Assembly: GCA_973895155.1 (NCBI GenBank)
Contig: OZ316896.1
Span: 5,469,303-5,533,302 of the forward strand
Source of the DNA: Marsupella aquatica
Lineage: Eukaryota > Plantae > Marchantiophyta
DNA: 64,000 nucleotides
Direction of reading: 5' to 3'
In this document: piece by piece, positions 36,430 through 50,322 of the stretch
Numbering within the stretch: the first letter of the stretch is position 1
How the letters are laid out: each line of letters begins with the position of its first letter
Notes under the pieces: model-generated
Told to the model about the DNA's origin: nothing
The model's database searches: none
Seen by the model: only the letters and a program-made list of their open reading frames with translations
Translations under genes and position numbers: made by a program

Positions 36430-38893
36430 TTACTGCAACAAAGGCCCCCGGTTGCCAGGGGAAACCCGAGAGGCTAGACGTTCAGCTGAAAGGGTCTGTC
36501 TTTGGGTCCCATCTCCAACAGCACCACTGGAGTAAGGGACCAAAGCCTTCCTAGAGTAATCATGTGCCAATGCAAGGTCTGTTAAAGGGGAAGCAGCGGT
36601 AGGATCCTCCCCAGGGAATTGAAGTGCCTGGCCTTTTTTGTGCTCTTGTTTCTTTTCCCTCCTTTTCAGATCCGACGGCGGTGTCCTGAGTTCCAATTTA
36701 CGAGCTCTTTCCTTCTTAAGTTGACTCTTCGAGATGTATGCTTCGTAGTCAGACATTTCAATGTCTGATCCACCTGGAAAAGAGACAACATCATCTTCAC
36801 CTTCTATGGTGTAAGCCACCTCAGGTTCCTCGTCCGCATAGGTCTCGTTGTATTGGGAATGTCCAGGAGAGAAGCCAGGTGTAATGCTACGAGGAGCAAT
36901 AGAGAGGGGTGCTCGATCAACCGCTACCGCCAGGTTTGAGACAGCCTCCTTCCCCAGAGCCGGCCAACTCTCAGAGGTGAGGTGCGCCAATGGAGTGTCA
37001 TTGCCCTCGTGTGGTTCCGGAATCATGGGTAGCCCTGTGTTTGACAATGTTTGCCTTGCAGTGGCGACAATAGAGCGGATGATAGGAAGCGGTCTAGGGG
37101 AGGAGGTCGTTCTGGCCTCCATCTCGGCTTCCATCAAAGCAGCCGCCCTAGGCGACGGTGAGTGCGTTGAATGAGATCTAATATTAGCCCCATGCAAGTG
37201 TTGTTCTACGACTGGTTTGTGTAACGCTGTCAGCGCAGTCATTGCACGTCTGTCAGCTTGTTCCTCCCCCTCATGCAACGGGTACGAAACACGTCCCATA
37301 GTTGCAGCCTGCGTGGTGAACGTTCCATGCCATGTATTTCCGGGTCCGTGGTCCTCAGGTGCAGCCGCCGCAACGTGAGGGGGGCGGCTAGTGGAGCCGG
37401 AAGCAATGCCAGCACCTCTGGTGTCCAATCCATGGTTATCCGCTGCAGTCGATGTCTTGTGCTCGGCATCCTTCTTGCTCGGCTCCTCACCAGCCTTGCA
37501 ATCACGTGCGAGATGGCCTTTCAGATTGCATCGGAAACAATGATAGGGGATGTTTTTGAAGATCACCGGTTGCCATATTGTGATTCCTTCCTTGATGTCG
37601 ATTGCAGCACATCGTGGCACTTCCCTGCTCGTGTCCCAGAGAATGCAAGCACGATCATGCGGATACAAGCTCCTCTCATCCCCTTGAATGTAGTAGAGTA
37701 CTCTGCCAAATGATTCCGCTATCTTTTTCCTGCATCCTTCAAATACTAACGTTCTGAAGGGGATCTCAATCCAGACCGGAAGTTTTGTATAAGACTCACT
37801 TCTGACGTCAAAAGAAGGGTCCCACGGGAAAGTAAAAACAAACTTTCGATCCATGAAGAATGGTGCCAGTTGAAGTGCCACTTCTCGATGTTCCGGGTGT
37901 GCAAAGGTGATCATGTAGAAGTTTTTCCCAACAAACTTGATCTGTTCTACTGGCCATCCCATATCTCTAATGAAGATCCCCTCAACCCATTCCCTGAATA
38001 CCGACAAGAGTGGCATGCGATCAATGAAATTGCACATCATAGTGCAGTCGTAAAATTGTTGCACAGGCACAACAGCCTCTTCCACAGACCAATTTATTTG
38101 AGTGTGCAGTGTGTTCGGCCAATCTTCAGTAGAATTAAGTGCAATAGTCCTCAAAATCTCCAAGCAGGTGTTGGAAACATCATCCTGCAGCTCCTCCTGT
38201 ACTGATGAGCGCTCACGTTCAGAAAAATGTTCACTACCCCCGACTGCTGGTTACCTTGATGTGTTTCCTCTAGCTCTTGATAATCCATTTCATCATGGTG
38301 GGAGCGGTGAGAAGTGCTTATGTTCTCGTTCCTAAAGCCGGGGAGACCATTGTGGCGATTCCCCTCCTCAAGGCCCATGTTATTGCGATGTCTGTGATAT
38401 GAGCCCGATTGAGACGCAGGCCTTCTGGGCAAAGATTGGTCAATCACAGCCTCCCTATCCATCCGCACTTCTCCGGGGTTTCTGTCTAATTGCTCCATTT
38501 CCATCTGATCAGCCCATGACTGTCTATTCCGGGGGATAACAGTAGATACACCCCGACGGGGCTCCTCAGAAGAATTCCCTCTGCGTGCGTTTGTGTCAAA
38601 AAGGTCAAAGGGTCCGGGGTAGGCCCCCGTCTAGCATCCTACATAGAGAACCGGCTTTGCTCTGGTTCAGACCGTTGTTGCCAACTAAATTCCCCTTGAA
38701 TGCCATAGTCCTCTACGTTGTGCAGACCATCTCCATAGCTGCGCCCCCAGCTTTTGCCTCTCGCCAAACCAGAAAGGCGACCAGGGCCCCTACCTGCGCC
38801 CGCAGCAAAATAACGACCACCTTGATGTGCATAACTCATCTTGTTGGTACTTGATATCTCTTCAACCCGACACGGAGCAAACAGAAATCCCAC
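36430..38893 (-). pseudogene. LINE ORF1 (DUF4283-like + CCHC knuckle); N-terminal part disrupted
   Basis: 577-aa open segment 36430-38163 with KLPVWIEIP and CFRCNLKGHLARDC; upstream segment has SRFSM.DARRG and WADQM like the other copies. Confidence 0.9.
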
Positions 38894-40558
38894 CAGTTTC
38901 AGAAGAAGAAATTGGACCTGTCACAAGGTGTTGCAAGTGTTTCTACGACCAGCACTTTGATCCCCGGTTCGTAGTCGTGTCAAGGTCAAACCCGTCCAGA
39001 AGAGGTGCGTGAGACGCCAACAATGTTGCACTTCCCGGTGTATTCCTTAGAGATTCTAAGCCGTCCTTGAATCTGATTCTGCCATAGATTGTGACACCCA
39101 AACCTCAAGCTCACTCCGCTCTGACAGCTCTCAAAGCTCTCTTAGTTCCTCGTCTTCATGTCTTGTTTGTTATTACATCCATACTTGGGTACTAACTTGA
39201 TTGTTGGCCTTAGAACTATTTTATGTTTTATGTTTATTAGTCTTGAGATCAATTTAGTATGCTTGTAATGAATAATATGATAAATGGAGTACCTAGAGTT
39301 TATCCCCCACCTGTTGTGCCATTTGTCAATCCTTTCTTAATTAGAATTCATTGTCTTAGCAAGCATACCATGAGAATGCATCTTCTTTATCATTTTAGGT
39401 TTGAGTTAATGGAAACAGTTATGAATAGCAATGCACCATTTGTATACCCGATTATTGTTTATGGAAATGAATGGAATGTAACTATTTTTATTTTATATTA
39501 GATGGATTTTAATAGACAACCCGTAAATATACCGGAGTTAGATTTGAATAGGCTTCCTAATAATGTATCTGATTTTCCTTCATCTATTGACATTAGAATG
39601 GTATGTCATAGGAAGGTTGACTGGAGAGATGTTTTAGTTAGAAAGTATGAAGATGAAAGATACAATGCTATGCTTAGGATGCCAGAGCCTGTGATTATAT
39701 CATCTATGGTAAATCTTAAGATCATAATCTTTGTTTTCTATAATTGACTTATCTAATTGTATGATTATTGGAAATTACAATCCATGACTTGACTTAGGAA
39801 GTAAGTTATGTGGAAAGAAGATAGGCCAATTTGAGGCTTAGTGTGAGGAAGCCGCTCATCGTAGAGTGGGACAAAGGCTGTGAGAGATATTTTAGAGGAT
39901 AATGGTGAGGGAAATTGATCGACAAAGGGGATCGCAAGGGTAATGTGAGGTGAGAAAAGACGTACTTTGGAAAGGTTTCTTCCAAGATAGGAAAAAAAAG
40001 AGCTCGGTGCTTCCCAAGAACTAAAGATTCCCCCAACACCGCCGCCTCTAATGCCCGGAAAAAGTGAGTCACCAAGCTCCCATAATCAACCATGAGAGAG
40101 CTTCAAAAATAATTGCAAGAGCTGGAGAGAGCTTTCGGAAATGAGAGCAAAGTGCTTTCGGCAAAGAGAGGAGTCGCGCGTTGTGATGCCTAGCCAGGAA
40201 TCACTAGGCCGGTTTACATGGTAAAAGCAGGAGTGTACCTTGGAAACACCTTAGTATAGTAACAAGATAAGGAAAATATAAACAATTAAGGGTGACTATG
40301 GAACCCGGGCCGAGGCCAGAAGTAAGGACGCCGGGGGAGAGAACACGATTAGGGTTAGGGCGCGCTAAGCGTCGGCGGCTAGGGGTGACCAACGGGAGGG
40401 AAGACCAGAGGAGGAGAGGGGTAAGGACCGCTCGCAAGGAATAGTGGCTCATTTGCAAGCACGAACTGGGCAGACGACTACGGGAGGCCAAATACTGTTA
40501 GTTGCTTAGGCAAGCACTTTGGGTGGGAACAGATACCAACGATTGAGTCAAGGAGGGT

Positions 40559-43500
40559 ATGAGCAACGTCAATCAAGCGGCATATTTTTGGGGATGCCTG
40601 TTCGAATGGGTAACTGAGTACATTGGGACTTACGAGGACAAGGAATCGGAGAGAGCAGCTCGAGAACGGCAGGAGCTCGCTCGACTGTGGGAGCTACAGA
40701 AGTCTGCCTTCTTAGGAGGAGAACTCATCAAGGCCGAGTTCTTGTGGACTCCTACTGCCAATCAGCTCGATGACCTTCTGTTTTGCGAAGACAGAATCGT
40801 CGGCATTCGGGAAGCCATCAACCGCTGCAACGACGCGCACTGGGAGTTGAAGGATAGCACGGAAGGGTGGACAAAGGCAACTGTGCTAGGAGAAACATCC
40901 ACGGCAGCCGAGATGAAGAGGAAAGGAAACAACAACAAAGAGGCCACCCCGGCAAAAAGAACGAGGTCGGCGGCACCAAGGAAACCAGCAGAGCAGCAGA
41001 ACAGGAGGCAGGGAGAAGCCAAAGAGGAGGAGGTCGATCGGACCATCAATGCCATTCCAACAAATGATGACACCTGGAAAGGCTGGGCGACGACCCTACC
41101 AGAGGAAGTGCAATTACATTTTGCACGGGAGGAGGATGCATGCTTTACGGCCATGCAGACCAAGAAGTACCAGGGCTTCATGGCCGGATCCGGCTTGGAA
41201 GCCTTTGTAAGATTACCATGGCTGAAGCCGGTGGTGCCGGACTCAAACTTATTAGAATTTGTGGGATCATGGGAACCCGAGACCAATTCCACGAGGGTGT
41301 ATGGGACGGATTTCTATCTCACTCCTTGGGTGATTGCCGAGGTGTTTGGCTTGCCGATGGGTAATAAGACCAAGGTTGATACCAAGAAGACCTTACATGA
41401 CAAGGAGTTCCGGTCGTTTCCAAGACCATCAACAAAGAATGGCTTCTTCCGGAACACCTGCACCAACCCGCACATCGGAGAGATGATCAATTTCTTGCGG
41501 GTGACCATGCATTGTAACTTGCCGAGGGCAGAGATCGGCAAGGCTCAAGTCTACCTGGCAGAAAGGCCAGACCCAAGCCGGGATTACAACGGGTACCTCC
41601 TCAACCAATTGAAGGAGATCTTGAAGGAGGAACAACAGGTGATCGGCGTGGGAAGCGTGTCCCGGCTTGGCTATCACATGCCGCTGTTGTGCCGGTATGC
41701 CAGAAGTCAAATCTTTGCCCCAGTACTTCCCCTATCGGCAAGGGCACCGGAGGAGGTTCCGGAGCAGAGGCCAGCAACAGAAGAGCCCAAACAGCCTCCC
41801 AGTCCTACGATCGAGCAGGTGTTTCGGCCAAGGAAAGAAGACTTGCCGATGCAGCAATCAGGCATGTAGAATCTGCTGAAAATGCTGGAGAAGGAGAGAA
41901 CGGCACCAGCAACGGCAACGGCACCGGTACAAGACACTGCCCCAGAGGCCAGCCTAAGCTGACTCAGGAGGGAAAACCCTTTTACCGGAGCCAAGGAGAG
42001 AAGGAGGCCGAAACACAAGCCGGGAGTGCGAATGTATGTGGGAGCCTCAAGCCCCGAATCGGAGGCAGAGCAGCCTAAGGCTCCTTCCCGCGGAGAGCAA
42101 GGGAGAGGACAGCCTGGAACCCAGGGGAGGAACAAGAGCCCGTGATCTGTGAGGCCGTTTTCACGGCAGGACCAGGGGAACAGAGGGGGAAGTCGGGAGT
42201 CCAAGCATTGGAGGAGGCGGTGGAGGACTACAGCAATGATAACTCCGGCTAAGGGTCGGATCATCATGTTCCAGGAGTAAGGACCTGTGGCCAATTTATC
42301 CCCACGCTTCCAAGAGTAGTTCGAGGGGACCCCACCCAGCATAGTAGCCCCGAGTCTCCCCCACCAGAGGTTGCTCCCCCGAGATTTGACGGCATAAAGC
42401 AGACGGCACAAGAATTTCAGGAGCGACTTAGGGAGGAAGAGAAAGTAGCCCTGGCTAGGGAGAAAGATTTACCAGGAGGAGATTGGCCGGAGGACATCAG
42501 GTGGCTTGCCAAAAAACGAAGCAACCCTCTTGCCATCGTAGAAGAAATCCGCAAGGCGGCTTGGGAGCAGAGGCCGAGGTGGTTGATGCCGATGACTTCT
42601 ACTTACTCCACCTATGCTAAAGATAGAGCCATGGAGTACGGGGAGATGTGTGGGGACCTGGCGCTCAATATCTTTGGGGAGGAGTTGGAGCAGGGACCTT
42701 TCTTCCAAAGGGAGAGGTTGGAGAAGCACCAATTAGAAGAAGCGGTGGCTTTGGAGAGAAGCAAGAAGGACGAGGTCATCCGACGGCTTAGGGAGAAGGA
42801 AGCCGAGGTGGAAGTCCTGCAGGCGGCCAAGAAAGCCCATGATGAGCTGCGGATTAAGCGGCATGAGCTAAACATCATGCAAGGACAATTGGATGCCGCT
42901 CAGTCTGGCAATCAGATTATCAAGGATAAACTGGCTCAGACCCAAGGGGAGTTGGCCAGCGCGGTCAAGGATAGGGAAAAGTGGAAGCAGGAGCTGAGGG
43001 ACGCAGAGGAGGCCCACTTAACCGCCAACAACCGGGCCATGGCAGAGACTCAGAGAAGGGAGAGGGCGTTGAAAGGAGAGCTCAAAGATATCCGCGGAGC
43101 CCTTGAGCAGAAGGAAGCCGAGTTAGGGAAATTCTATCAAGGGATTATTGCGAGCTGCAGCAGGAGCTTGCGTCCCTGACGGCCAGCTTCAAGGCCGACC
43201 TGCATGAAAAGGATGACCAGCTCAACCAGACTTATGCCAAGATGAATAAGATGGAGTCTGTGGTCGTAGCAAAACTCGACAAGGAGCTAAAAGCAACCCA
43301 GGAGGAGAGGGCTACCTTATAGAAAGAATTGGAGGAAGCCAAAAAGGATCTGGAGGAGGCGCGCAAGGACCTGGATGAGACCCAGGAGGAGTTGGAGGAA
43401 ATCACGAGGAAGATGGAGAACCTATAGCGGCGGGCCGACAACCAAACAAAGCGGCTAAAGAAACAAGCCATAATATTTAAATGCTTGGCTTCATCAGGTC

Positions 43501-43991
43501 CAACTCCAATTGGGGCAACCCAGTTACCAGGGGTAGTATTGGCCGACGGACAAGCCGAGACACACGCCCCGGTGCCGGAGGTAGGTAGCAAGGGGAAGGG
43601 ACCAGCTGTCGAAATAGGGAAGAAGAAGAAGAAGCGGAAACCTTCTGGGTCTGGGAGTTATACGGCTTCTCAAGCCGTTGTGACCGAGAAGATAAACCCG
43701 GCACCAACCTCCGGCATTGACACGGCGATGGATCCACCAGTCCTAGGAAGTGGGGATGGCAAAGCCGAGGCTGGGACAACCAGTAATGAAGCCAAGGTAC
43801 CAGATCCTCCACTAGAACATGACGGGGAGGCTGTGGTCAATGCTGAGGCCGAAGCCGAGGGTGGACCCAGTCAGGCCGATGAAGAGTTGACTCGGTCCGG
43901 GGTAGGTAATCTGTCAAAGGACGGACCAACAGCAGTGGCTACGGAGGAAGCGTTGGGGGCGTCCATTGAGGACCAGCCACCGGTGTCGTGA
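40559..43991 (+). pseudogene. Retrotransposon-type accessory protein (plant-transposon/Transposase_32-like domain + long coiled coil), several stops
   Basis: GLEAFVRLPW..LLEFVGSW..TRVYG..LT..IAEVFGLPMG matches GFEHLTSLPW..MTEFVKNY..TRLWG..LKMIFGLPKG of ORF 50323; coiled coil at 42583-43480; KKKKKRK. Confidence 0.6.
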
Positions 43992-45983
43992 CGGTGTAAG
44001 GGAGCCATCCCTTTTAGGGAGGGCGGACGTGGAGGTAGGAGGCGTGAGTGGGCAGGGCGGGCGCTGATCTCCAAGTTTAGACTAAGGATCAGGACCAGGA
44101 GACGGCCCTGACACTTACATTAGTGGGATTGCGGATCCACGAGTAAGGGCGACACTTGTGCTCCTGCCTCGCTGTACATAGGTAGATTACAGTTAAGTAG
44201 ATTAGGCTTACGCTGCAAGGAATCAGGCGGATCCACAACCAGGATAAGTACCTGGGCTGCAGGGAGTTGAGGGCCTCTTCTTTAACAAGTTTTTAGTTGC
44301 ACCAGCAGGGCTGGGATCAAGTAGTAAGAGAAGCTCTCGATTAGTTATACATGTTTCCTCATGCCTAAGAACTGAATAGAGTTGGCCTCACGGCTTAGTT
44401 CGCAGAGCTTGTGTATGAGATGTATTGTTTGTATGACAAGTGCATGGTATAACTCAGTCAGAAGCAGTCATTTTGCTATTTGTGTGTCGCATTAACTTGT
44501 GTGAAGAGTGCCCACATCATGAAGGGAAGTAGCAAGGGAGTGAGAGTTGGATGTGTCGAGCTGAGAGAGGTCTTAGCGGCTTAACCAAGCCAATTGGGGA
44601 TCATTTCGGCGGTGGAATCCAAACATACCTAATGGAAGACAAGGAGAGGAATATAAGGGAGGGCCTAGAATAGGCCGGCTAAGTATCTCATGACCCGATG
44701 AAGGATCTGTCCAATATATGTGTGTAAAATGTTAATAGTAGTTGAAGGAGGGTTAGCAGCGTCCCATGCCGCTAAGCCGCGGAAACAGCCTCGCCGAGGA
44801 CGAAACCTGCGGGAATCGGCTTGGGCAAGGGGGTTTCTTGGGTTTGGGGAGCCATGGGACGCACCACACACGTGGAGAAAGTAGAGAAGGAAAAAAATGA
44901 CTAATACAAGGGAAAGGGAAGGAAACCCCTTCCTTCTCCCTTCTCGTCTATTTTTCTTCCCGGCTCCCATTTTGCCTTGCGCCCTGGCTCGCGGCCCTAT
45001 GAAGGGCTCGCGTATGCCGACATGCGGCCCTCCTCGTGCTCCGTCCTCGCACCTCGCTGCTTTGCGCCCCGTCCCTTCGAGGCTGGGGGAATTTAATTTC
45101 CCCCCCCTTCCTTCACGTAGCCCTATGCAGGGCGTGTTTCCTTTTTGCCTCGGTAGCACTTTGCCTGCGCCCCAGCTCGCCCGCGGGGCCCTTTTAATGC
45201 TCTCCCCCCATCCTACGCCTCTCGGCTGCCGTTTGGCCCTCTCCCGGGAAGGTATAATGTGCCTCCCCCTGACTTGCTGTGCCCCATTTTGGGGGATTTA
45301 ATTCCCCCCGGCCTCTCCTTTCTCCTCCTTGTCACCTTCTCCCTGCGCGCCTCCCGACAACCTTTTTTTTTGCCCCGATAGCCTCACCCTGGCCTCGCAC
45401 TACTCGCGGGCTCACCGGCTCGCCTCCCTATGGAGGCTTGCCCCACTCTGGACCTTCCGCCACCCGGCTCCCCTTTTGACAGCGCCACACAGCAAGAAGA
45501 GGGCCTGAGGCTTCCTCCAAGGCCGAGGAGTTTAATTCCTCCCTTTTCCCGCACACAACCCTATGGAGAGCGCGACTCCCGACCACGGCTGCTTCAAAAC
45601 GAGAGGTTTTAAACCGCTCTAAAGCCTCCCTTATGGGACGGAAAAAAAAAGCTTCCACAAAAGCTTGCATAGCCATCCCCCTTGGGTATACCTCCTCATC
45701 TTGTCCCTCTCAATTATTACCCAGAGATTGGGAAAAAAAACAGCCGGGGTCTCCAAAATATTACTTGGTAGTACCCCCATAAGAATCTGTATTTTATTCC
45801 CCCACAACGACAAGACCCAAAAGAGCCAAGGGTCAACAAAAAGTTCCTTCCTGGTTTAAATGGCTCCGCCCCCCCTGAGCAACATGAACACACACCGGGT
45901 TGATTACCAGTTAAGAAATTTAAAAAATGAAAAACCCTTGTGTACATTGGCTTATTTATTTACATGCATCTTGCCAATAACAC

Positions 45984-48450
45984 CTAACCGTGGACTGTGA
46001 CGGGGACCCCATCACAGTCCACGGTGTTAGGATTGGGCTGGTATACCATGAGGTTTGCTTGAGTTGGTGCTGGTGGTCCTCCGCATCTAATTATGGGGTC
46101 CTCCCCCTTCAAGAACTCGACGCTTATTAACAAATTATACATCCACGCGGCTGCTGGCCCCGCCCGGCTAAACCGCTTCCACATAATCATTCCTTTACAC
46201 TTGATCTTGCCATTAAGATCCACGTCAACTTTGCCTGCTTATCCCAATTGATCCACTACCTCAATTAAAGAATGCGCAAAATAGTACCATCGGAAGTAGC
46301 GGGGTCCGCAAATGAACGCCCAAAAGGATATCAATTTGTAAGGGCATTACCCACCGCTTGAGTTAAGCCAAAAGACTTAATGGTGGGTCGGCCTCGTGTT
46401 GGGGCAGTCGCATCCTAACCCGGGGATCATGCTGCCATATCGAATGATATACAGCTATAGGGTTGGTCTCTATGTGTAGACCAAACCCGTTGTCGTCTAC
46501 AAGCTCCCAAAAAAATTGGTGTGGCATCCAGAAGATTGCAGGTCTGAAGTAATTTTCTAATCTATAATTATGTATATTTGCCTCTAACCATCTAATTAAT
46601 TCTCCGTAGGGGTTACCCTTTCCCAAAAGGATGTCTTCTCCCAAACACCCAGGCTCAAATCAGTTGGATCAAAGGGAAGCTTGTCGGTTTGAATAGTGTC
46701 CCCACACAAGCCACTGCAGCCGGATCCCTACCCAGTGAATAAAAATGAGTCATGGCAATATGACTGAATTGGGATAAGACGGGAAGGTCTATAAAGCTCA
46801 TCCACTCATTGGTTACTATAAGATGGGAGGTGTAGTAAGGATTGAAAATCACACTTATCCCATTTCTCTCTATATTGTGCCATCCGGCCATTTGGAGAAA
46901 GGTAACCAGGCGAGGCAGGGTATACCTCCCACAGTTGGTGTGGATCTCTCTCACCGCCCAGGACTTCATTACTACTTCTACTAAATCAAAGGCTTTCCTA
47001 TGTACTGCTAAACTATATAACCAATGAAGTTTCCATGCCGGACAGTCGGGATGCGTTGTGTTTGCATCCGCCATGAGAGCCACATAATGAGGATGGCCAG
47101 CGTGCTCTCACTCCAGTTTGGACAACAAGATTTATGTTACTCTATTGTTGGCCTTTCCTCCCAATCTAAAATATAAATCTGTGGGTTGGGTGAACCCTAT
47201 GGCCCCCGATCATTCAAAGAATGGAAGCATAAACCTGATCCGGACCGGGATGTCGTACCATATCCGTTCGTAGTCGTTTGGACAAATGGCCCTCTTGTTA
47301 ATCCTTGGTGCAGCCAAAATAACATGGAAAGTTTCCAACCCCATAGCTTCATCAACTTCAATAGCATTTCGGGATGCTATCTTCTGCCCCGTGAATAGTT
47401 TCCACGAGTTCACGCTCACCTTCTTGAGTTGTTTCAACTTCCTCTTGTGCATCGGATCTGCTAGTGCATCCTTCAATAACTTAGCTGCCGTGGCAGCCTC
47501 TTCTTGCAGGCCCTGCATTTCTAGTTCCCAAGCCTCGTAAGTGTCCGTCGGAATCCGGACCACCTTACTGCATTGTTGGACAAGCTCCTTACATGCTACC
47601 TCTTGTAGCCATCTCTTCCTCTCCTTCTCTCTTCTTTCTCTTTCTTCCTCTAATGCAGCAACGTATGATTGCCTGCTTCTCCTCTAATTGTCCTTGTAGC
47701 TCACGATTGGCTCTCCTTACTTTTTGGAGCTTCTCCTCACACTCCAAAGCCCCTAGTCTAGCTGATGCCTCTTTCTCTGCAAGCTCTTCCATCATTTTCC
47801 CATGCGTAGCTAGCTGGTCGGACAGTCAAAGTGCCAATTGTTCTTCTTCTCCTACTCTCCTACTCTCCTACTCTCCTACTCTCCGCTCCAACTCTTCAAT
47901 TACCCTTTGCAGCTCATCGGCCTACTGCTGGGATACAAAACCGCACGACGCATGCTGGGTGGTTACCACCTTTAACTCCTCTTTGGCGGTGGACAAGAGG
48001 TGGCTCCATTCTTCCTCCTTGTCAGCCAGCAGCTCCTACAGCTTCTTTCTCTCCTTCTGGGTCCTAACTTGGCCTTTAGGGTCTGTGTCCCAACCTTCTC
48101 TGTCCGGACCGCCTCCTGCAAGGCCTACTGAAGGGCTGTGGTTGCTTTCTCATTTTTTTCCCTTGCCTTGCCTTGCCTAGCAATCCGTCTGTGTCCTCCA
48201 GCTGTTTCAATATGATTTTGTTAGATTCAGTGGTGGACCTCGCCACCCAACGTCCTCACCGATCCCAGCACTTGCGCCTAAGTGCCCTCGGTGCCCGAAC
48301 GCCTCCACGGAATACCTCGAGCAAGCATCCAAGTGCCTCTAGCACCACCGGCGGCCACTCCCATACGAAGCCGCACTTGCTCACCTACATGACCGCTACT
48401 CAACGGTCCTCACTGTCTGCACAAACAACCAAGCACCTCGGTAAGTAACC
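45984..48450 (-). other. Cluster of closely spaced minus-strand ORFs of unknown function (coiled coil with RGRKRKKR, then 117, 142, 93 and 79 aa)
   Basis: ORFs 47589-47795 (extends upstream through TAG stops), 47210-47563, 46655-47083, 46363-46644 and 45984-46223; protein-like composition but no recognisable motif. Confidence 0.35.
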
Positions 48451-50214
48451 CTTCCGGATCTAGAACACACCAAGTCTAGCATCCTAACTCAAGCTCAACG
48501 GACGTTGGTAAATAGGTCAACGATAGGTCCTCCCGATGCCATAAGCCGGAACCAGAACCCACGCCCACTGTCCGTCCAGGACAGCTCCATCCTTGGGCGC
48601 GGCCCGGGTTCCCCCTCGTACCTATCCAGCACCAACTGACCACCCTGACCTCAGGACATGCTCATGGCCCAAATAGCGTAGCTTGTCCTAAAGCTTGTCC
48701 CAAGCTTGTCTCAACACGCCGGGACCAGAATGGCCCCGACTCTAACAACCGCTCCCGGTTTGCCCCACTAATGGTCTAGGGACTGAACGCCCTTGGGACT
48801 CAACCTCCATACCTACTTGGCCTTGCCTCCCCAACGCAAGCTCCCTTGGGAGGCTGAACGCGGCTTGGCTACTGTTCGGCAAGATTTGGCAACCGGGCGA
48901 GCTAACACCCGCAAACCACGAGAACCCATGGCACCCCCAGACCCAGCTGAGCTCAGGAGGGCGTAACCTTCCTCAAGAGATTTCCAACGCACCTAAGAAG
49001 TTCCCCAACGGACTTCCCGTTGGGAAGATATCACCATTTCTGTTTGGCGGTTTCCCTTAGTGTCGCGACCGCCGCGGCTCACGACTTCGGTTCGCCCTTA
49101 GCCCCCAGGGAGACACCACTCCCCTCATATATGCTTCTGGAGACCTGCCACCCCCGGACTAGCTTTGGTCCCTAAACATTTGGCCCCCAACTCGGATTCC
49201 ATCGCGCATAATGGGCGCGCCACCAATTGGCAACGCCCCTAACTTTCTTGATAGGCATCCGCAAGTGGAGTGCCTTAGCCCATTGTGACCGGGCTGACCC
49301 GGTGCTCATGCCTAGGCCCTCAGGTCTGATCGCCGCTCGGGGCCCCCGACCGGCCCAACCCGGATCGGGCCACAACTTGCGCCCCAAGCGTCCGTTGCCA
49401 ATGGCATCAACTCCATTGGCCTTGGGCCCAAGAGGAGCTCACTCCCAAGCCCTCAGAACTCAAAGCCCATCCGATGGTCTGGATGGCCACCCTTGAGCCC
49501 GGTGTCCTGAGGATAAGCAAAGAGGTGGGAAAAGAGGCTCAAGGGACACGCAGGGTGTATGGCTGCTTGAGATAGGAAACGGTTGCACCTGAGGGCCTAG
49601 GCATGAGCACCGGGTCAGCCCACATCATCACAAGCAAGCAAGCATGCATGCTTTCGAAACTCAAGCCATTTACATACTCATATCCAATCACAATCAAAAT
49701 AACTAGTTCAAGCTTCCCAATGTAATCCTCACAAGTCTAAGCCCAACATTCAATTGGTCACCATTCCTTTTCCAACACTTGATTGCACACAATCCCTTGC
49801 AACCTTCTAAGGTACACAAGTTCAAGTGTACATTCAATGTGGTCAAGTTAAGGGTCTGTGACGCCACCGGTACGGCGGTTAATGAGTGATTCAGTCTAAC
49901 TGCGCTCGGCACGCGCGTTAGGTGGGTCTTAGGCCGCTATTATTAGCATAACGACAGTATTTAGGTAATCATTAGGGGTAAGACATCATTAGGCAATAAG
50001 GGGGACTTCAGGTTCGGGCTGGCGGCGGGTCGCTATTCGCACACCCGGGTTACGAGCGTGGTGGGGCCCCTCCCTCGGGTCCGTATAACGAACTTAAGGA
50101 AGCGGCCACTGACGCACGCTGACTCAGACCGGCGGAGTGGCCGGTACACCACAAGCGTGAGCGGTTCAACCTATGGGCGTCGAGGAGACGTCGGGGATCG
50201 ACAAGCCCTCAAAG

Positions 50215-50221
50215 TATAAAA
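50215..50221 (+). promoter_or_regulatory. TATA box upstream of the long ORF
   Basis: TATAAAAGGGG ~100 bp before the ATG at 50323. Confidence 0.55.
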
Positions 50222-50322
50222 GGGGAGCCAACCCTTTGTAGTGCACCAGTCCATCAGTCCGCGCGCCAGCTTCGACCCCAGCTCTCTCGTTCTCTCTAGG
50301 TCGCCACTACTATCTCCTCTGA

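Larger units (their letters stand above)
32058..39156 (-). mobile_element. Full-length L1-type LINE copy B (~7.1 kb)
   Basis: 19-bp TSD CATGTCTTGTTTGTTATTA (32039-32057, 39157-39175); short poly(A) at 32058-32065; ORF1 and ORF2 present. Confidence 0.96.
31537..39789 (+). mobile_element. 3' LTR of gypsy 2 (~1.1 kb net), interrupted by the full-length LINE
   Basis: Purine-rich AGTGGGGGTGATA followed by TGTCGTGGGG at 31537; ~22-bp repeats at 31690-31850; right end (AATCCATGAC) tentative. Confidence 0.55.
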
